A DNA stretch of 64,000 nt. Source: Octopus vulgaris. Its lineage: Eukaryota. Of this stretch, positions 27,506 to 40,950 are shown in pieces. A program made the position numbers and the translations under genes. Where the stretch lies: assembly GCA_951406725.2 (NCBI GenBank), contig OX597821.1:77004001-77068000 (forward strand). The letters are read 5' to 3'. The stretch's first letter is position 1, and each line of letters starts with the position of its first letter. Under the pieces are notes generated by a model. That model saw only the letters and a program-made list of their open reading frames with translations. It ran no database searches and was not told the DNA's origin.

Positions 27506-27633
27506 AGACAAGATGCTTTCCGTCACAAACTTGCTACCAAGTAGGTGGCCGTCCTAAATTCATTCTAAATTAAAAAGAGGAAGAGAACATACGTACATGC
27601 ATACATACACACATGTACACAAACAAAGATACG

Positions 27634-27699
<66 letters not shown>

Positions 27700-27974
27700 T
27701 ATGTATATATTACTCTAATACTTTATCAATCAGACAGGCGGATGTTGTTACACACCCCTGATGCCAATGCGCTTCCGCATACTTGTAGCTTCCGAATGGA
27801 GCCACCCTGCTGGGTAGATGTACAGATCAACCTATTCCCTAAATAAAACGCCCATCGGTCATCATAGTTATAGATGTACAAATATATACATGTGTGTGTG
27901 TGTGTGTGTGTGTGTGGTGTAACAAATATATACATGTGTGTGTGTCTGTATGTATATATGTATGTATGTTTGTA

Positions 27975-28458
27975 AATCGTCGCAATGCAAAGGATCAGCT
28001 ACTGGGAAAGACTGAAAGAATTAAAACTCTTCTCCTTAGAACGAAGACAGGAGAGATATGCAGTGATATACATCTAGAAAATTCTGGAAGGCCTTGTACA
28101 AAACTTTGACGTTGAAAGTTACTCAAACTGCACAACGGGGCACCACTGCATAATGCCAAAGACCCCAGCATCGCCATCAAAATACAGGACCAGATATTGC
28201 AACAGCTTGGGCTTCAAGGGCCCACAGCTCTTCAATATCCTTCAAAAATGCCTGAGTGCCCTGCATGATGTAGATGTCAGTGTTTTTAAAACAAAACTAG
28301 ATCTCTTCCTCTTACAGTTCCAGATGAGCCTACCTCAAGGTAAGAAACACAGATGAGAGCAGCAGAATCAAACTCTCTCATTGACCAAATGCCACATATC
28401 AGAGGAGGTTCCAAATAATGGTGTAGCTCAGTGAACGGTGGTGTCCCAGCATGACCAC
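27975..28458 (+). pseudogene. CR1/L2-group LINE 3' end remnant
   Basis: SYWERLKELKLSSLERRQERYAVIYI*KILEGL...RYCNSLGFKGPQLFNIL...VFKTKLDLFL...RAAESNSLIDQ, then tail GGTGGTGTCCCAGCATGACCAC. Confidence 0.85.
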
Positions 28459-28460
28459 AC

Positions 28461-29091
28461 ACGAAGAACAGATTTATTTAAAGCTGCAAATATTGCAGCA
28501 AATACAAATGTCCCGTGTTCATCAGCCAAAACACATATGAGTTTTCCAAACATCCTAGGGAGTGAGGCTACACTCATGAAGTATCGAAGAGTGTTCTATG
28601 AAAAGCAAAGTTAGGTTGTAAGCAGACTTAAAATATTTTCTAATGATGCACAGTTTTATAAAAGGTTTTTAAAAAGATTGTTAGCTTCTCAGAAAAGGTA
28701 AATCCATCCATAATAATGCAGGTGTAATTTCCGGAGATATGAGGAAATATTTTATTCACAGAGAAGATGAATTTATCCATAATAATGCAGATGTAATTTC
28801 CTGATATATGAGGAAAAGATGTTGATCACACACCTATTCATTTCACAAACTAAGTTGTTGGAAGAAGAGATTGGCTATGCTTACAACCTAACTTTGCTTT
28901 TCATAGAACTCTCTTCGATACTTCATGGGTGTAGCCTCACTCCCTAGGATGTTTGGAAAACTCATATGTGTTTTGGCTGATGAATACGGGACATTTGTAT
29001 TTGCTGCAATATTTGCAGCTTTAAATAAATCTGTTCTTCGTATGAAACAATTGTACTGAACAACTAATCCATTCTTGTTCATTTTTTTTCT

Positions 29092-29100
<9 letters not shown>
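28461..29100 (+). mobile_element. Fold-back Penelope-like terminal-repeat element (inverted arms 28461-28624 and 28878-29040)
   Basis: Near-perfect inverted repeat of about 163 bp. The right arm carries an intact hammerhead and the element ends in (TA)n. Confidence 0.8.
28972..29060 (+). ncRNA. Type I hammerhead ribozyme, intact core
   Basis: tttgg-CTGATGA-atacg[gga...gctgcaatatttgcagc...ttctt]cgtat-GAAA-caattg-TA-ctgaa. Predicted cleavage after GUA at 29055. Confidence 0.85.
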
Positions 29101-29143
<43 letters not shown>

Positions 29144-29527
29144 TATAGATAGATAGATAGATAGGCTAGTAGATTCATACTCACGTACTTATACCTACCT
29201 GTACACACACACACACACATATATATATAAGTGCGTTTTTGGCTATCGGAATAAATAAAGTTTATACATATTCGTACGTACATAGATTAAGATATAGATT
29301 TCTTTCTCTGTCTGTCTATCTATCTATCTATCTATCTATCTACCTATCTACATGAGTGCGCATGTATATATACCTGTATATACATATGTGAACACACACC
29401 ACACATACACATACACACAAATACATACACACACGCATGTAACTAGTTATAGATATAGAAAAAATACATATCCATATATACATACATTTATACATATGAA
29501 TATACATACATATACATAAATACACAG

Positions 29528-29606
<79 letters not shown>

Positions 29607-29649
29607 CATATACACATACATATATATATATATTATTATCTTTTATATT

Positions 29650-30081
29650 TTACTTGTTTCTGTCATTAGCCAGCGGCCTTTCTGGGGTCCGCCTTCAAGA
29701 AATTTTAGCCGAATTTTAGCCGAATTCCAGCACTTTTTAAAGCCTGGTATTAGTTCTATCGATCGCATTTGCTGAACAGCTATGTAACGGGTATAGTAGA
29801 AGACACCGACCCACGGTGTCACGTAGTGGCTCTGGAATCGGAACCGTATGATTGCGAAAGAGCTGGCAGAAACGTTAGCGCGCCGGGCGAAATGCTTAGC
29901 GGTATTTCGTCTGTCGTTACGTTGTGAGTTCAAATTCCGCCGAGGTCGACTTTGCCTTTCATCCTTTCGGGGTCGAGAAATTAAGTACCAGTTACCCACT
30001 GGGGTCGATGTAATCGACTTAATCCCTTTGTCTGTCCTTGTTTGTCCCCTCTATGTTTAGCCCCTTGTGGGTAGTAAAGAA

Positions 30082-30082
<1 letters not shown>
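29650..30082. mobile_element. Degenerate family B fragment (-) abutting a SINE family A copy (+, 29858-30082)
   Basis: TTTTACTTGTTTCTGTCATT tail, then GAGCTGGCAGAAACGTTAGC...CCCCTTGTGGGTAGTAAAGAAAT. Confidence 0.8.
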
Positions 30083-30149
<67 letters not shown>

Positions 30150-30186
30150 ATGTATATATAGATATATACATATAAGTATATATATA

Positions 30187-30252
<66 letters not shown>

Positions 30253-30358
30253 TGCATAGAGGAATATACAAGCGCATATATTTATTCTTAAACATATATA
30301 ATTCTACATAAGTATATACACATATACATATATATATATAAATACACATACACACACG

Positions 30359-30409
<51 letters not shown>

Positions 30410-30522
30410 GTGTGTGTGTATATGCGTGTGTCTGTGTATCTATATATGTATATAGATAGATAGATAAACAGACAAACAGATAGACAGACAAACAAACAGA
30501 CAGAGAGACGGATTGATGGATG

Positions 30523-30606
<84 letters not shown>

Positions 30607-30996
30607 TGTAATCATATTTATGTTTATATATAAATTGAAATAAAATCTGAATAATGAAATTTATCCAACATAAGGCTATGCATTTCGTTGCAATTGCCTT
30701 CACCTATCTTCTAATGATTTTGTGTAATTTGTGGACATCCTTTACACCAATTATGAAAGAACCAGAATATTTAGCCAAACATTTTCCGTTGCTTTCGTTC
30801 TTGGTTGAATGTGTAAATGGCATTACTTGCTTTAATATCTAACTTTTATATTCTTTGGAATGAGAAATAAATATACTCAATAATTTGATATGTATGTCGA
30901 GGATAATGTTTGCCGATATCTCTGGAATCTCCTATACATACATGTCAAGTATTTTGAAATTTTTTTTTAATGTTTGAAACGCCGTGCTAGCAATAT

Positions 30997-31195
30997 GAAC
31001 TTTTATGATTATTATATTTATCATTATATCTATACTATTTTGTGTTATTATTATGTTTATATATATATGTTATTATTATTATATTTATACTATGCAATTG
31101 AATTTTATGATATTATATTTATCATTATATCTATACTATTTTGTGTTATTATTATGTTTATATATATATGTTATTATTATTATATTTATACTATA
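30997..31195. repeat. AT-rich tandem duplication of about 100 bp
   Basis: TATTATATTTATCATTATATCTATACTATTTTGTGTTATTATTATG...ATTTATACTAT occurs twice. Confidence 0.85.
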
Positions 31196-31591
31196 TCATC
31201 ATAATATAGTATATTATATTTTTTATATAAAAGTGTAAAAGGGTGGTTAATATATTTTAAATATATTGCTATAATATAATTATATTAAAGCTATATAATA
31301 TAATATATTGTATGCAAATATAACATTATTATTATATTATTTGGTGAAATAAAAAATATCGCTAATATGAAATTTCCATACATTTTGTGGCGGACGCGAT
31401 TGATTTATCTGCAAGATATAACGGAATCGGAATCATACACACCGCAATCTTGTTATGAGTCCATACATACATGCATCAAGGCACAGACACACCCACATAC
31501 ACGTGTGTGTGTAATATATATTATACGTATGTGAGTGTGTGAGTTAACATCATTAACATTTATGTATTAACTTTTATATATATATATACAT

Positions 31592-31626
<35 letters not shown>

Positions 31627-31641
31627 CATATATATTACACA

Positions 31642-31718
<77 letters not shown>

Positions 31719-31988
31719 TTACATATATTTATATATATATATATATATATATACATTTTGCAAGAGACCATATGTTGTAATAATTAAAGATGGGGCTATA
31801 AGATATTTCAGAATATTGTGGTGTGTGTCTGTGGAGAGAGAGAGAGAGAGAGGATATCGATATGATCTTTAAGATGGAAAGTTAAGATGTGGTAATTGAG
31901 CCTCTAAAGATATCATATGTAACTATAGAATATGAATAGATATAAATATCTGTTTATCTATCTCTTTCTTTTTACTTGTCTAGTGATT

Positions 31989-32021
<33 letters not shown>

Positions 32022-32173
32022 ATGTATGTATATATATATATATATATGTATATATATACATATATATATGTATATATATATGTATGTGTATATATATACA
32101 TATATATATATACATATATACATATATATATATATATACATACATATATGTATGTATGTATGCACACACATAG

Positions 32174-32216
<43 letters not shown>

Positions 32217-32230
32217 CATACATACATACA

Positions 32231-32262
<32 letters not shown>

Positions 32263-32296
32263 AGGAAAGGAATAGCTAGATAGAAATATACACACT

Positions 32297-32346
<50 letters not shown>

Positions 32347-32353
32347 TACATAC

Positions 32354-32446
<93 letters not shown>

Positions 32447-32480
32447 TGTATGTATGTATGTATGTATGTATGTATGTATG

Positions 32481-32520
<40 letters not shown>

Positions 32521-33078
32521 GTGTGTGTGTGTGTGTGTGTGTGTCTACATGTGCGTGTATATATGTAGGTATGTGTAATGTGAATGGGTACCACGTGCAT
32601 CTTTACGCATGTACGTTTAGAATTAAACTATTATTATAATTATTATAAGCTATTTAAAATGATATTTAACTAAGAAGAGGCAAACTTAACGCGGAATTTA
32701 GAATATTTTGTTAAATGAGACGTGTTTAGTGAATTGTTTACACGTTGAAGGGATCTCTAAAAATATTGGTTCGCGATCTTTAGGCACAAAATCTACAATC
32801 ACTTCCATGAGTTTAGTCTGTGGAATGTTTCCAATGTTCAGGATTTTTGGAGTGGTATATTCTATATGATTGTGAAAAAGGAAACTGTTGCTACTGAGAA
32901 TCGAAATCGTTTTGCTGTGACTTCTCGCCAGAAGCTTATCTCCTCTCATTTGCCTTTGCAGTATTTCGTCTTATTTCTGATAAGGCACAATGAGGTCATA
33001 TTTTAAAGAATTTAGGGAGTATAGGAATTTTATGTACATCTGAAGGGCACTTGTGCACGATGTAAAATGAAACTACCA

Positions 33079-33294
33079 CCCTTTAACATTTAAACCGGTC
33101 GTATCCGGTCTGAATATTTTACTTGTTTTACGTTCAAACTGGCTAGATCTGGCCTCTCTCACCTACCTTACAATATCATTCTAGATATAAACAATCATAT
33201 CATCAAAATCTCAAAACTATGAGATAATGCAGGATTAATGCAAAACAATAGAATAAATATATTTGATAGAATAATCTGGTTGGCAAAGGGTTAA
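33079..33294. mobile_element. piggyBac-type MITE
   Basis: CCCTTT...AAAGGG termini with TTAA on the right. The left TTAA is decayed. Confidence 0.55.
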
Positions 33295-33699
33295 AAGGTA
33301 AATCAAAACCGACTCGCAACCTCAGCAAATCGGACGTTTGTTTCTTGGCTCTGAAGATACTTCCAGTCTGCTCTCTTAACATTAACCGGATCCTCTCTTG
33401 CCTTTTCATTTCTACATCAACAACCCCCGAAGGAGTGTCTACGTGGTCGCTTGCAAGACATATCAGCTATTACTCCTTCAAATTATGCTCTAGTTTCTTT
33501 TTAAAATCACGGCCATGTTTGATGGTATTATCCAAGGTACACTATAACTTGGAAAACGCTGGGATAGTGACAACTAGATTTACTTTGGCCATGGGTTTGT
33601 TGGCTCACTCGGGACTAAGCAACAACAATAACAACAACAACAACAATAACATCGTCAAAGGAAAACTCCTAATTAATAAAATTGTATAAAAGATCCATA

Positions 33700-34160
33700 A
33701 TTTACCAAGAAGTGTCCATTGGAAAGTAGTTCAACCCGGAAGAAATCCTTTAAAAAATCCCGAAGACAAAATGGTAATGAATCCATCTGGCATTATTTAG
33801 TGACTTGTGAATGGTTTAAGGTCGATAGGACATCTTGTTACGGCGTAGGTAAACATTAGCAAATTTGTCTAAGTTGACTCAATTATAACGTAATCGTTGC
33901 TGAACCGGTCTGCACTCTTATTAACACCTGCTGTAGCCATCTTGATAACTTTGTCCAAAGTGACTGTCACTTCGGCACTGGCTTAACACAAATACTATTA
34001 ATAACAGGTCATTGGAAAAAACAAGGCATCACAGCTGTTTGACTACTTCGCAACACTAATAATATTTTTCCTACCTCAGCTTCTTGCCATTTCTAGTTTG
34101 TGTTTAAGCAAAAACACGGGAAACAACCGCAAAATTGCTTACAATTTTAACACGCCATTG
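33700..34160 (-). pseudogene. Highly decayed L1/Tx1-like RT remnant
   Basis: Frameshifted pieces QTAVMP and VNLDKFANV occur in the spacing expected for QT..VPGR ... INLDQSKAFD. Confidence 0.35.
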
Positions 34161-35191
34161 TTTTCTTCTCCACCAACACATTTTCCAGTCAAAACAACAA
34201 CAAAACACAATTCTTCAGTACACATACATACCCACTCTTGCATCTATTACACACACACACACACATATATATACTTTATAAACACATAAACACATATATG
34301 TATGTATACATATTTACATAGACGTATACACACAGTTTCCCAAATGTCTGTAATCAGAAGTATGTACGCATGTATCTTTATATACATGTTTACGTATATA
34401 TGTATGAGTATATATATATATATATATATATACACGTACAGACAGACAGACATACATACATGCATACATAGAAGTATTTATGTATGTGTATACACATATT
34501 CATACACACAGATATATAAGTGCAACATACATACATGCACACATACATACATACATACATACATACATACATACATACATACATACATACATACATACAT
34601 ACAACACATGCGCTCGCGTGTGGAAATTCTTACGCCCCGCCAACATAAATATACATCCGAAGATATTTCTGTACCCACAAACATAAAGAAGTTGGATACA
34701 AAACCTAGTAAGATGGAGTGAAAGAACAGGAGAAAGACATACCTCAATCGTGGTTGGAATGCCAGACGTTGCCAGCAATGGCAAGTATGTCAACCATTGA
34801 AAAGTTTGTCACCTAAGATGAAGATATTGGTCGATGTTAAATTCCAAGATCTATCAGCGTGACGGCAACAATTCTTTAGTTATACAGCCGGTAGTCATAT
34901 GGCAAGAACTTCTTCTACTGACTGGCTTCATAAATCAATTATAAACTATAAAAACAAATGGGTGAAAAAGTATGTATACACAGGCGTATATTGGTAGAAT
35001 CTGAATCGCTTTTGTTTTGAAGCAGTAAAAGTTTTGTGATTTGGGTTGCTTAAGAAAAATCCCGTTATATGGAAAGAATTATAAAATTTTAAAATTGGAA
35101 ACGAATATAACAATATCATTTTGTGTTTTACTTATAAAAATGTTTGCAAATGTTTGTATGGGTAAGTGTATGCGTGTAGGTGCGCATGGAA

Positions 35192-35242
<51 letters not shown>

Positions 35243-35501
35243 TTTGCCTGAGTATAAGAAAGGGGAAGGAAGGGAGATAAGAAAATCCTTCATCAAGATT
35301 GAGTATCTCTTAAATATTTCGTTTTGTGATGTTTCTTGGGAAATTTAGGTTAACAGTGTTCAGTTTCTTCATGTTATTTCTTTCAGCCCTTTTTCTGTTT
35401 AAATTATGCAAATCACCTTGGTCATAAATTTGTTCGACTCTTTAATTTTTTTTGTTTTAGTATAAATCTAAGTCCCATGACTACTGGAGATAAGGTTGGA
35501 C

Positions 35502-35553
35502 AACTGTCGTTCTGATGACGGCTACTGAGCCAGAAACACGTATCTACGACAGT
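35502..35553 (+). ncRNA. Minimal type I hammerhead with two mismatches near the cleavage site
   Basis: actgtcgtt-CTGATGA-cggct-actg-agcca-GAAA-cacgta-TC-tacgacagt. It has an 8-bp stem I, and stem III is one change from the palindrome ACACGTGT. Confidence 0.7.
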
Positions 35554-36149
35554 CCTTTCTTCTGCAGTCTGATAAACCCATCATTTTCCTTGGTGTAGAA
35601 TCCTCCTTTTGGTAAATTCTTGAATCTTAACAGTATTTCTCATTCTCAAGTGAAGCAGGTCTCAATTGCCATTTAGTAAATTACAACATTCTCTAGGGGC
35701 GGAGATGATTTAATAAAGCAAGAATTTATCTTGTATAGTATATGACATACCTGTATTTATCGATAGTCATGTTTGGGTCTAACCGCATCCCAGCAATGAT
35801 AAGATACATGTCAACTATAGAAAGTCCCAACTTTCTACGTCACTATGTTCAACATAGTTATGGCACCTACTGACGAAAGTCAAGCCAACTTGGGAGTTTC
35901 TCGTTGCGACCCAATACTACTACAAATACAAGCCAAACCACCTTCAGATTACATCTCAATGTTTCTAAAAAAGATGGAGAACATAGTTAGAAGATATAAT
36001 CCAAAGCTAGGAGGATGGAGTGTTATGGGTTTGTAGAGGGTAGATTTCACCCGTTACCAGGTTTAATACTCCTAGCAGGCTCTTGTGTGCACTTAAAGGT
36101 GTGTCCACGTGTCTGGTCTGATGATAAGACGATTATCTCAGTGTGCTAC

Positions 36150-36410
36150 AACAACGTGAAATTATATATTTTGAACACAACTCACCGTCCGGCTGTGGAA
36201 TCGAAACCACGGTCTGTCGATCATGGGTGCTGAACGGGACGCCGGGCTGTCACGTGAAGACTCCTTTTTGCCAACTGATGAGATTGGAGCAGCGTGGAAT
36301 GAAGTATCTTGCTCAAGAACAGAACGCGGCTCCCCTGTCCAGGAATCGAAACTTCAATCTTACGATCATGAGTCCAACACTCTTAACGACTAAGTCAAGG
36401 CCCTCCTCTC
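36150..36410 (-). mobile_element. Two degenerate M2-type SINE head fragments
   Basis: TTTTTGCCAACTGA...TGGAGCAGCGTGGAATGAAGTATCTTGCTCAAGAAC...AGGAATCGAAAC. Confidence 0.7.
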
Positions 36411-36814
36411 TGTAAGGGGTTCATGACCTTCACTCAGTGTAGCACTTCTACTGGAATTTGAATTTCATTGGGTACATTTGTACGTTATCAGTCAAATCCT
36501 TATTTCTGTGTGTAATTAGTCCATGCTATTTGAGTATTTATCGTGGTTATTGTGCACTATTTTATACTAATAAATATCTGAAGTTTACTAATGCTGCATG
36601 AGCGACAATATTTTTTAGACAAAAGTATTGTGTGTGTTTATGTGTGTGTTTGTGTGCGTGCGTGTATGTGTGTGTGCGAAAATGATAAAATAAATTTATT
36701 ATAATTTACGACAAAATTTAGTTTCGTTTTGATTAAAATACCAACGATTTCAGAACAAAGCATATCATTACAGTTCACCTGCATTTAGCCTCTCTGGAAC
36801 ATAAACCATCTTCC

Positions 36815-36948
36815 ACGAAAAGATAGCTTAAACTGTGCTCTAAATGGAGGTGTAGTCAAATCCTATTTTATGGACTAAACTATGTTCTAAAACAAGTCGA
36901 AAGATAAGCTACTATAAATCGGCACGAACTTTCCGGACAACCCAATAT
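36815..36948 (+). mobile_element. Mariner-like right end
   Basis: AAATCGGCACGAACTTTCCGGACAACCCAA followed by TA resembles mariner TIRs. No partner TIR was seen. Confidence 0.55.
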
Positions 36949-37705
36949 ATATTGGTTATTGTGCTTTGCTGTGGGTATTGCTTTCATCATTGTCTTTTTT
37001 CAGTGAGGAATTTTTCAAAGTATAGACGTATTGTCCATCAATATTTTAATGTCTAGATTTTCTTGTGTTTTGTGATGTTGCGCACTGTAATTACTTCTTT
37101 GTTGAAAGAGCACGGTGAGATGATGGGAAATTGTTGTACTGTTATCGTAATATTTGAACTTGTATGTTCACCATCAAATTCGGAAACGTCTACAATCATA
37201 TTCAAAGGATACTCACAAATTAGTATATACTTGCGGCTTGATATTAATAAGTACTATCACTTATATTTTACTTGATTCACCTACTGAACTGCGGCCATAT
37301 TCGAGCACCCTCTGGAAGAGTTTTTGTCGAACCAATCAACTCCAGCACGGTTTCTATTCTTTAAAGTTTGGTGCTTATGTTTTCTGTCTCTTTCGCCGAA
37401 CCGCTAACAACGCGACGTCAGCAGGCCAACACCGGGTGCTAAGCGGTGGCGGGAGTGAGTCAAACAGAATATTTTGATGTAATACGTCTTGCATTCTGTT
37501 TTATGAGGATTTTTAAAAACAATAAATCAAATTTGTGTGGATTGTGAATATTAATTTTTCTTTTTTTCATAAATATTTTTTAATACTTTTCGCATTAAGC
37601 CTTTAATTTGCAGATTCAAAATATGTTGGAAGGTTTGATTAAAAAATGACTTGTTAGATTATATGTAACTTTCAACTTTCATTATTATTATTGTTATTAT
37701 TATTA

Positions 37706-37767
<62 letters not shown>

Positions 37768-37795
37768 GTTGTTGTTGTTGTTGTTGTTGTTGTTA

Positions 37796-37827
<32 letters not shown>

Positions 37828-37834
37828 TTTATTA

Positions 37835-38389
37835 TTGAGTGAGAGAGCAGTGCATGCCATCAAAGTGACACTGGGGTAAAATATACGAAGCCCAATATAC
37901 CCATCATGACTACCCGTCTGATAAGGGTACACCAGGCACATGCATCACAACCATATGTGCGCGACATGGTGATCTCATATCAAGATAAACAGCACATGAC
38001 CTTGCAGGTGGGGCCCAGTTAGAATTTTCTTCAGGTTGAGTAGCCCATCCCGCTCAAACGGTCCCTGAATAAGGGTTGTTTAAGGATGTTGAAAGAACCA
38101 CCCATGTTTCCAGAGGTGAACTATTCAAACCCCAAAGAATCCCTCTCAAAACATGGCTATGATGCTCCCCCACTACTTCTGCTCGTGATCAGAGATGCAC
38201 ATATCGTCAGCCACTAAGAGACATGCTCAACTGGTTTAGGTCAAACAACTGACAAGCAAATCTGTGGTATTGAGCAGAATATTTGCTGTAGCCCATCTTT
38301 TATACCAAGACAAAACAATGTACATGATAACACTTCCAATCAGTTAAGATCAGAAGCCATGAGAGCCACTGCCTGGTACTGCATCAGTG

Positions 38390-38390
<1 letters not shown>
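37835..38390 (-). mobile_element. ~555-bp non-coding element inserted in (ATT)n, candidate non-autonomous R4/Dong-type retroelement
   Basis: Flanked on both sides by (ATT)n, with no tRNA A/B boxes or TIRs seen. Further copies at 39239-39710 and 39869-40162. Confidence 0.7.
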
Positions 38391-38480
<90 letters not shown>

Positions 38481-38790
38481 ATTATATCTTTCTTTATTAC
38501 CTTCCACATAAGTTTGATGGTTTTGCCGATGGAGTGAATTTGTAAAATTTTATTTAATCTTAGTTTATAGAACAATGAATAGATTTATGGTTTCACAATT
38601 TCAATGTTAATATTCATTAAATATTAAAACCCTGATCTAAATTAGAAATTAATTGTTTCATATTTTCTTTTTAGTACATATTTCTGCCTGTTTGTGCTGG
38701 TTTTCTCCGATAAATTTCTTTGTCGTCCTTCTGTCACCATTTTCATTATACAGCCATGCATACATACGTACATACACACACACACATACT

Positions 38791-38857
<67 letters not shown>

Positions 38858-38914
38858 CATAGATAGATATAGATATAGATACATACATGTGTACAGATAG
38901 TTGTATATTATTTC

Positions 38915-39120
38915 GTTATTGCCCTCAAGGGGCTAAACATAGAGGTGACAAACAAGGACAGACAAAGTCGATTACATCGCCCCTGGTACTTAATTTTATC
39001 GACCCCGAAAGGATGAAAGGCAAAGTCGGCCTCGGTGGAATTTGAACTCAGAATGTAACGGCGGACGAAATACCGCTAAGCATTTCGCCCAGCGTTCTAA
39101 CGTTTCTGCCAGCTCGCCGC
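38915..39120 (-). mobile_element. SINE family A
   Basis: GACCCCGAAAGGATGAAAGGCAAAGTCGG...TCTGCCAGCTCGCCGC. Confidence 0.9.
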
Positions 39121-39138
39121 TGTATATGTATACATATA

Positions 39139-39172
<34 letters not shown>

Positions 39173-39238
39173 CATATGTGTGTGTGTGTGTATGTGTGTG
39201 TGTACATATATGCTTGTCCTGTGTGTGTACATATATGC

Positions 39239-39710
39239 TTGTATAAAAGATGGGCTACAGCAAATATTCTGCTCAATACCACAGATTTGCTTGTCAGTTG
39301 TTTGACCTTAACCAGTTGACCATGTCCCTTAGTGGCTAGACGATATGTGCATCTCTGATCACGAGCAGAAGTAGTGGGGGAGCATCATAGCCATGTGTTG
39401 AGAGGGATTCTTTGGGGTTTGAATAATTCACCTCTGGAAACATGGGTGGTTCTTTCAACATCCTTAAACAACCCTTATTCAGGGACCTTTTGAGCGGGAT
39501 GGGCTACTCAACCTGAAGAAAATTCTAACTGGGCCCCACCTGCAAGGTCATGTGCTGTTTATCTTGATATGAGATCACCATGTCGCGCACATATGGTTGT
39601 GATGCAAGTGCCTGGTGTACCTTTATAAGACGGGTAGTCATGATGGGTATATTGGGCTTCGTATATTTTACCCCAGTGTCACTTTGGTGGCATGCACTGC
39701 TCTCTCACTC
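39239..39710 (+). mobile_element. 5'-truncated copy of the (AAT)n-associated element
   Basis: Reverse complement of 37837-38306, ending CTCTCTCACTC(AAT)n. Confidence 0.85.
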
Positions 39711-39737
39711 AATAATAATAATAATAATAATGATAAA

Positions 39738-39793
<56 letters not shown>

Positions 39794-39813
39794 TAATAAT
39801 AATAATAATAATG

Positions 39814-39868
<55 letters not shown>

Positions 39869-39870
<2 letters not shown>

Positions 39871-40690
39871 GCCCTGATGCAGTATCAAGCAGTGGCTCTC
39901 GTGGCTTCTGATCTTAACTGATTGAAAGTGTTATCATGTATATTGTTTTGTCTTGGTATAAAAGATGGGCTACAGCAAATTTTCTTCTCAATACCACTGA
40001 GTTGCTTGTCAGTTGTTTGACCGTAACCAGTTGAGCATGTCCATTAGTGGCTGACGATATGTGCGTCTCTGATCACGAGCAGAAGTAGTGGGAAAGCATC
40101 ATAGCCATGTGTTGAAAGGGATTCTTTGGGGTTTGAATAATTCACCTCTGGAAACATGGGTGTGTTTATAAATTGACATGAGTATTCCTTGCGATCACAA
40201 TATAGCGGCGAAAGAATTTGACAAGATCAGTAAATATAAAGACTTGCTAATAGAAATTGAAAAAATGTGGCATCTTAAGGCGACTACAGTACCAGTGATT
40301 GTAGGCTCTCTACGAGTGATAAAATAAGGTACTGAAACCTATTTGAAAATCATACCAGGTTTACCATCCCTAGAGGAAGTGCAAAAAAAAGTGTTAACTA
40401 GACCGACTCATGCACTAAGAAGAGCATTATCGCTGTGAAAACAACATCCATTCATGAATTTATTTATTTATTAATTTTTTTAAATACATATTTTACCTGT
40501 GAATTTGCGTGTGTAATCTGGGAATGCATACAATGAGCTTCTCTGCCCTAGGTGTACGGAAAGCACTCGGCGAGAAATGGAAGAAAATTTGAAGAAGGAA
40601 AAAACAAGAACAACACCAACAACAACAACAACAACAGCAACAACAACAACAACAACAACAACAATAATAATGATAATAATAATAATAATT
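39869..40690 (+). mobile_element. Chimeric or internally deleted RLE retroelement: 5' 290 bp of the (AAT)n element + RLE C-terminus + 3' UTR + (AAC)n/(AAT)n
   Basis: 40172-40438 translates IDMSIPCDHNIAAKEFDKISKYKDLLIEIEKMWHLKATTVPVIVGSL...*...LEEVQKKVLTRPTHALRRALSL*, typical of R4/Dong-like RLE ends. Confidence 0.8.
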
Positions 40691-40900
40691 CTTTCTATTG
40701 TAAGCACAATGCCAGCAATCTGTGGAAGAGGATAACAGATTACATCGACGCCAGTACATAAATGGTACTTATCTTATGGACCCCGAAAGGATGAACGGTA
40801 AAGTCGACCTCGGCCCAATTTGAACTCTGGACGCAAAGACGGGCGAAATGCCGCTAAGCATTTTGCCCGGTGCGCTTGTGGTTCTACCAATTCACCGCTG
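40690..40900 (-). mobile_element. SINE family A, degenerate
   Basis: GGACCCCGAAAGGATGAACGGTAAAGTCGACCTCGG...GAAATGCCGCTAAGCATT. Confidence 0.8.
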
Positions 40901-40918
40901 GTTATGATAATAATAATA

Positions 40919-40950
<32 letters not shown>

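Noticed and set aside
32698-32949. 83-aa non-repetitive ORF (-)
   Set aside because: No recognisable domain or splice signals. It lies near decayed LINE-like sequence and is probably a retroelement remnant.
39904-40110. HDV-like ribozyme in the (AAT)n element (7-bp P1 with G-U, P3 CTC/GAG)
   Set aside because: L3 (TGATCAC) lacks the CC needed for P1.1, and no convincing P2 or J4/2 was found. It is kept only as a structured-RNA hypothesis.
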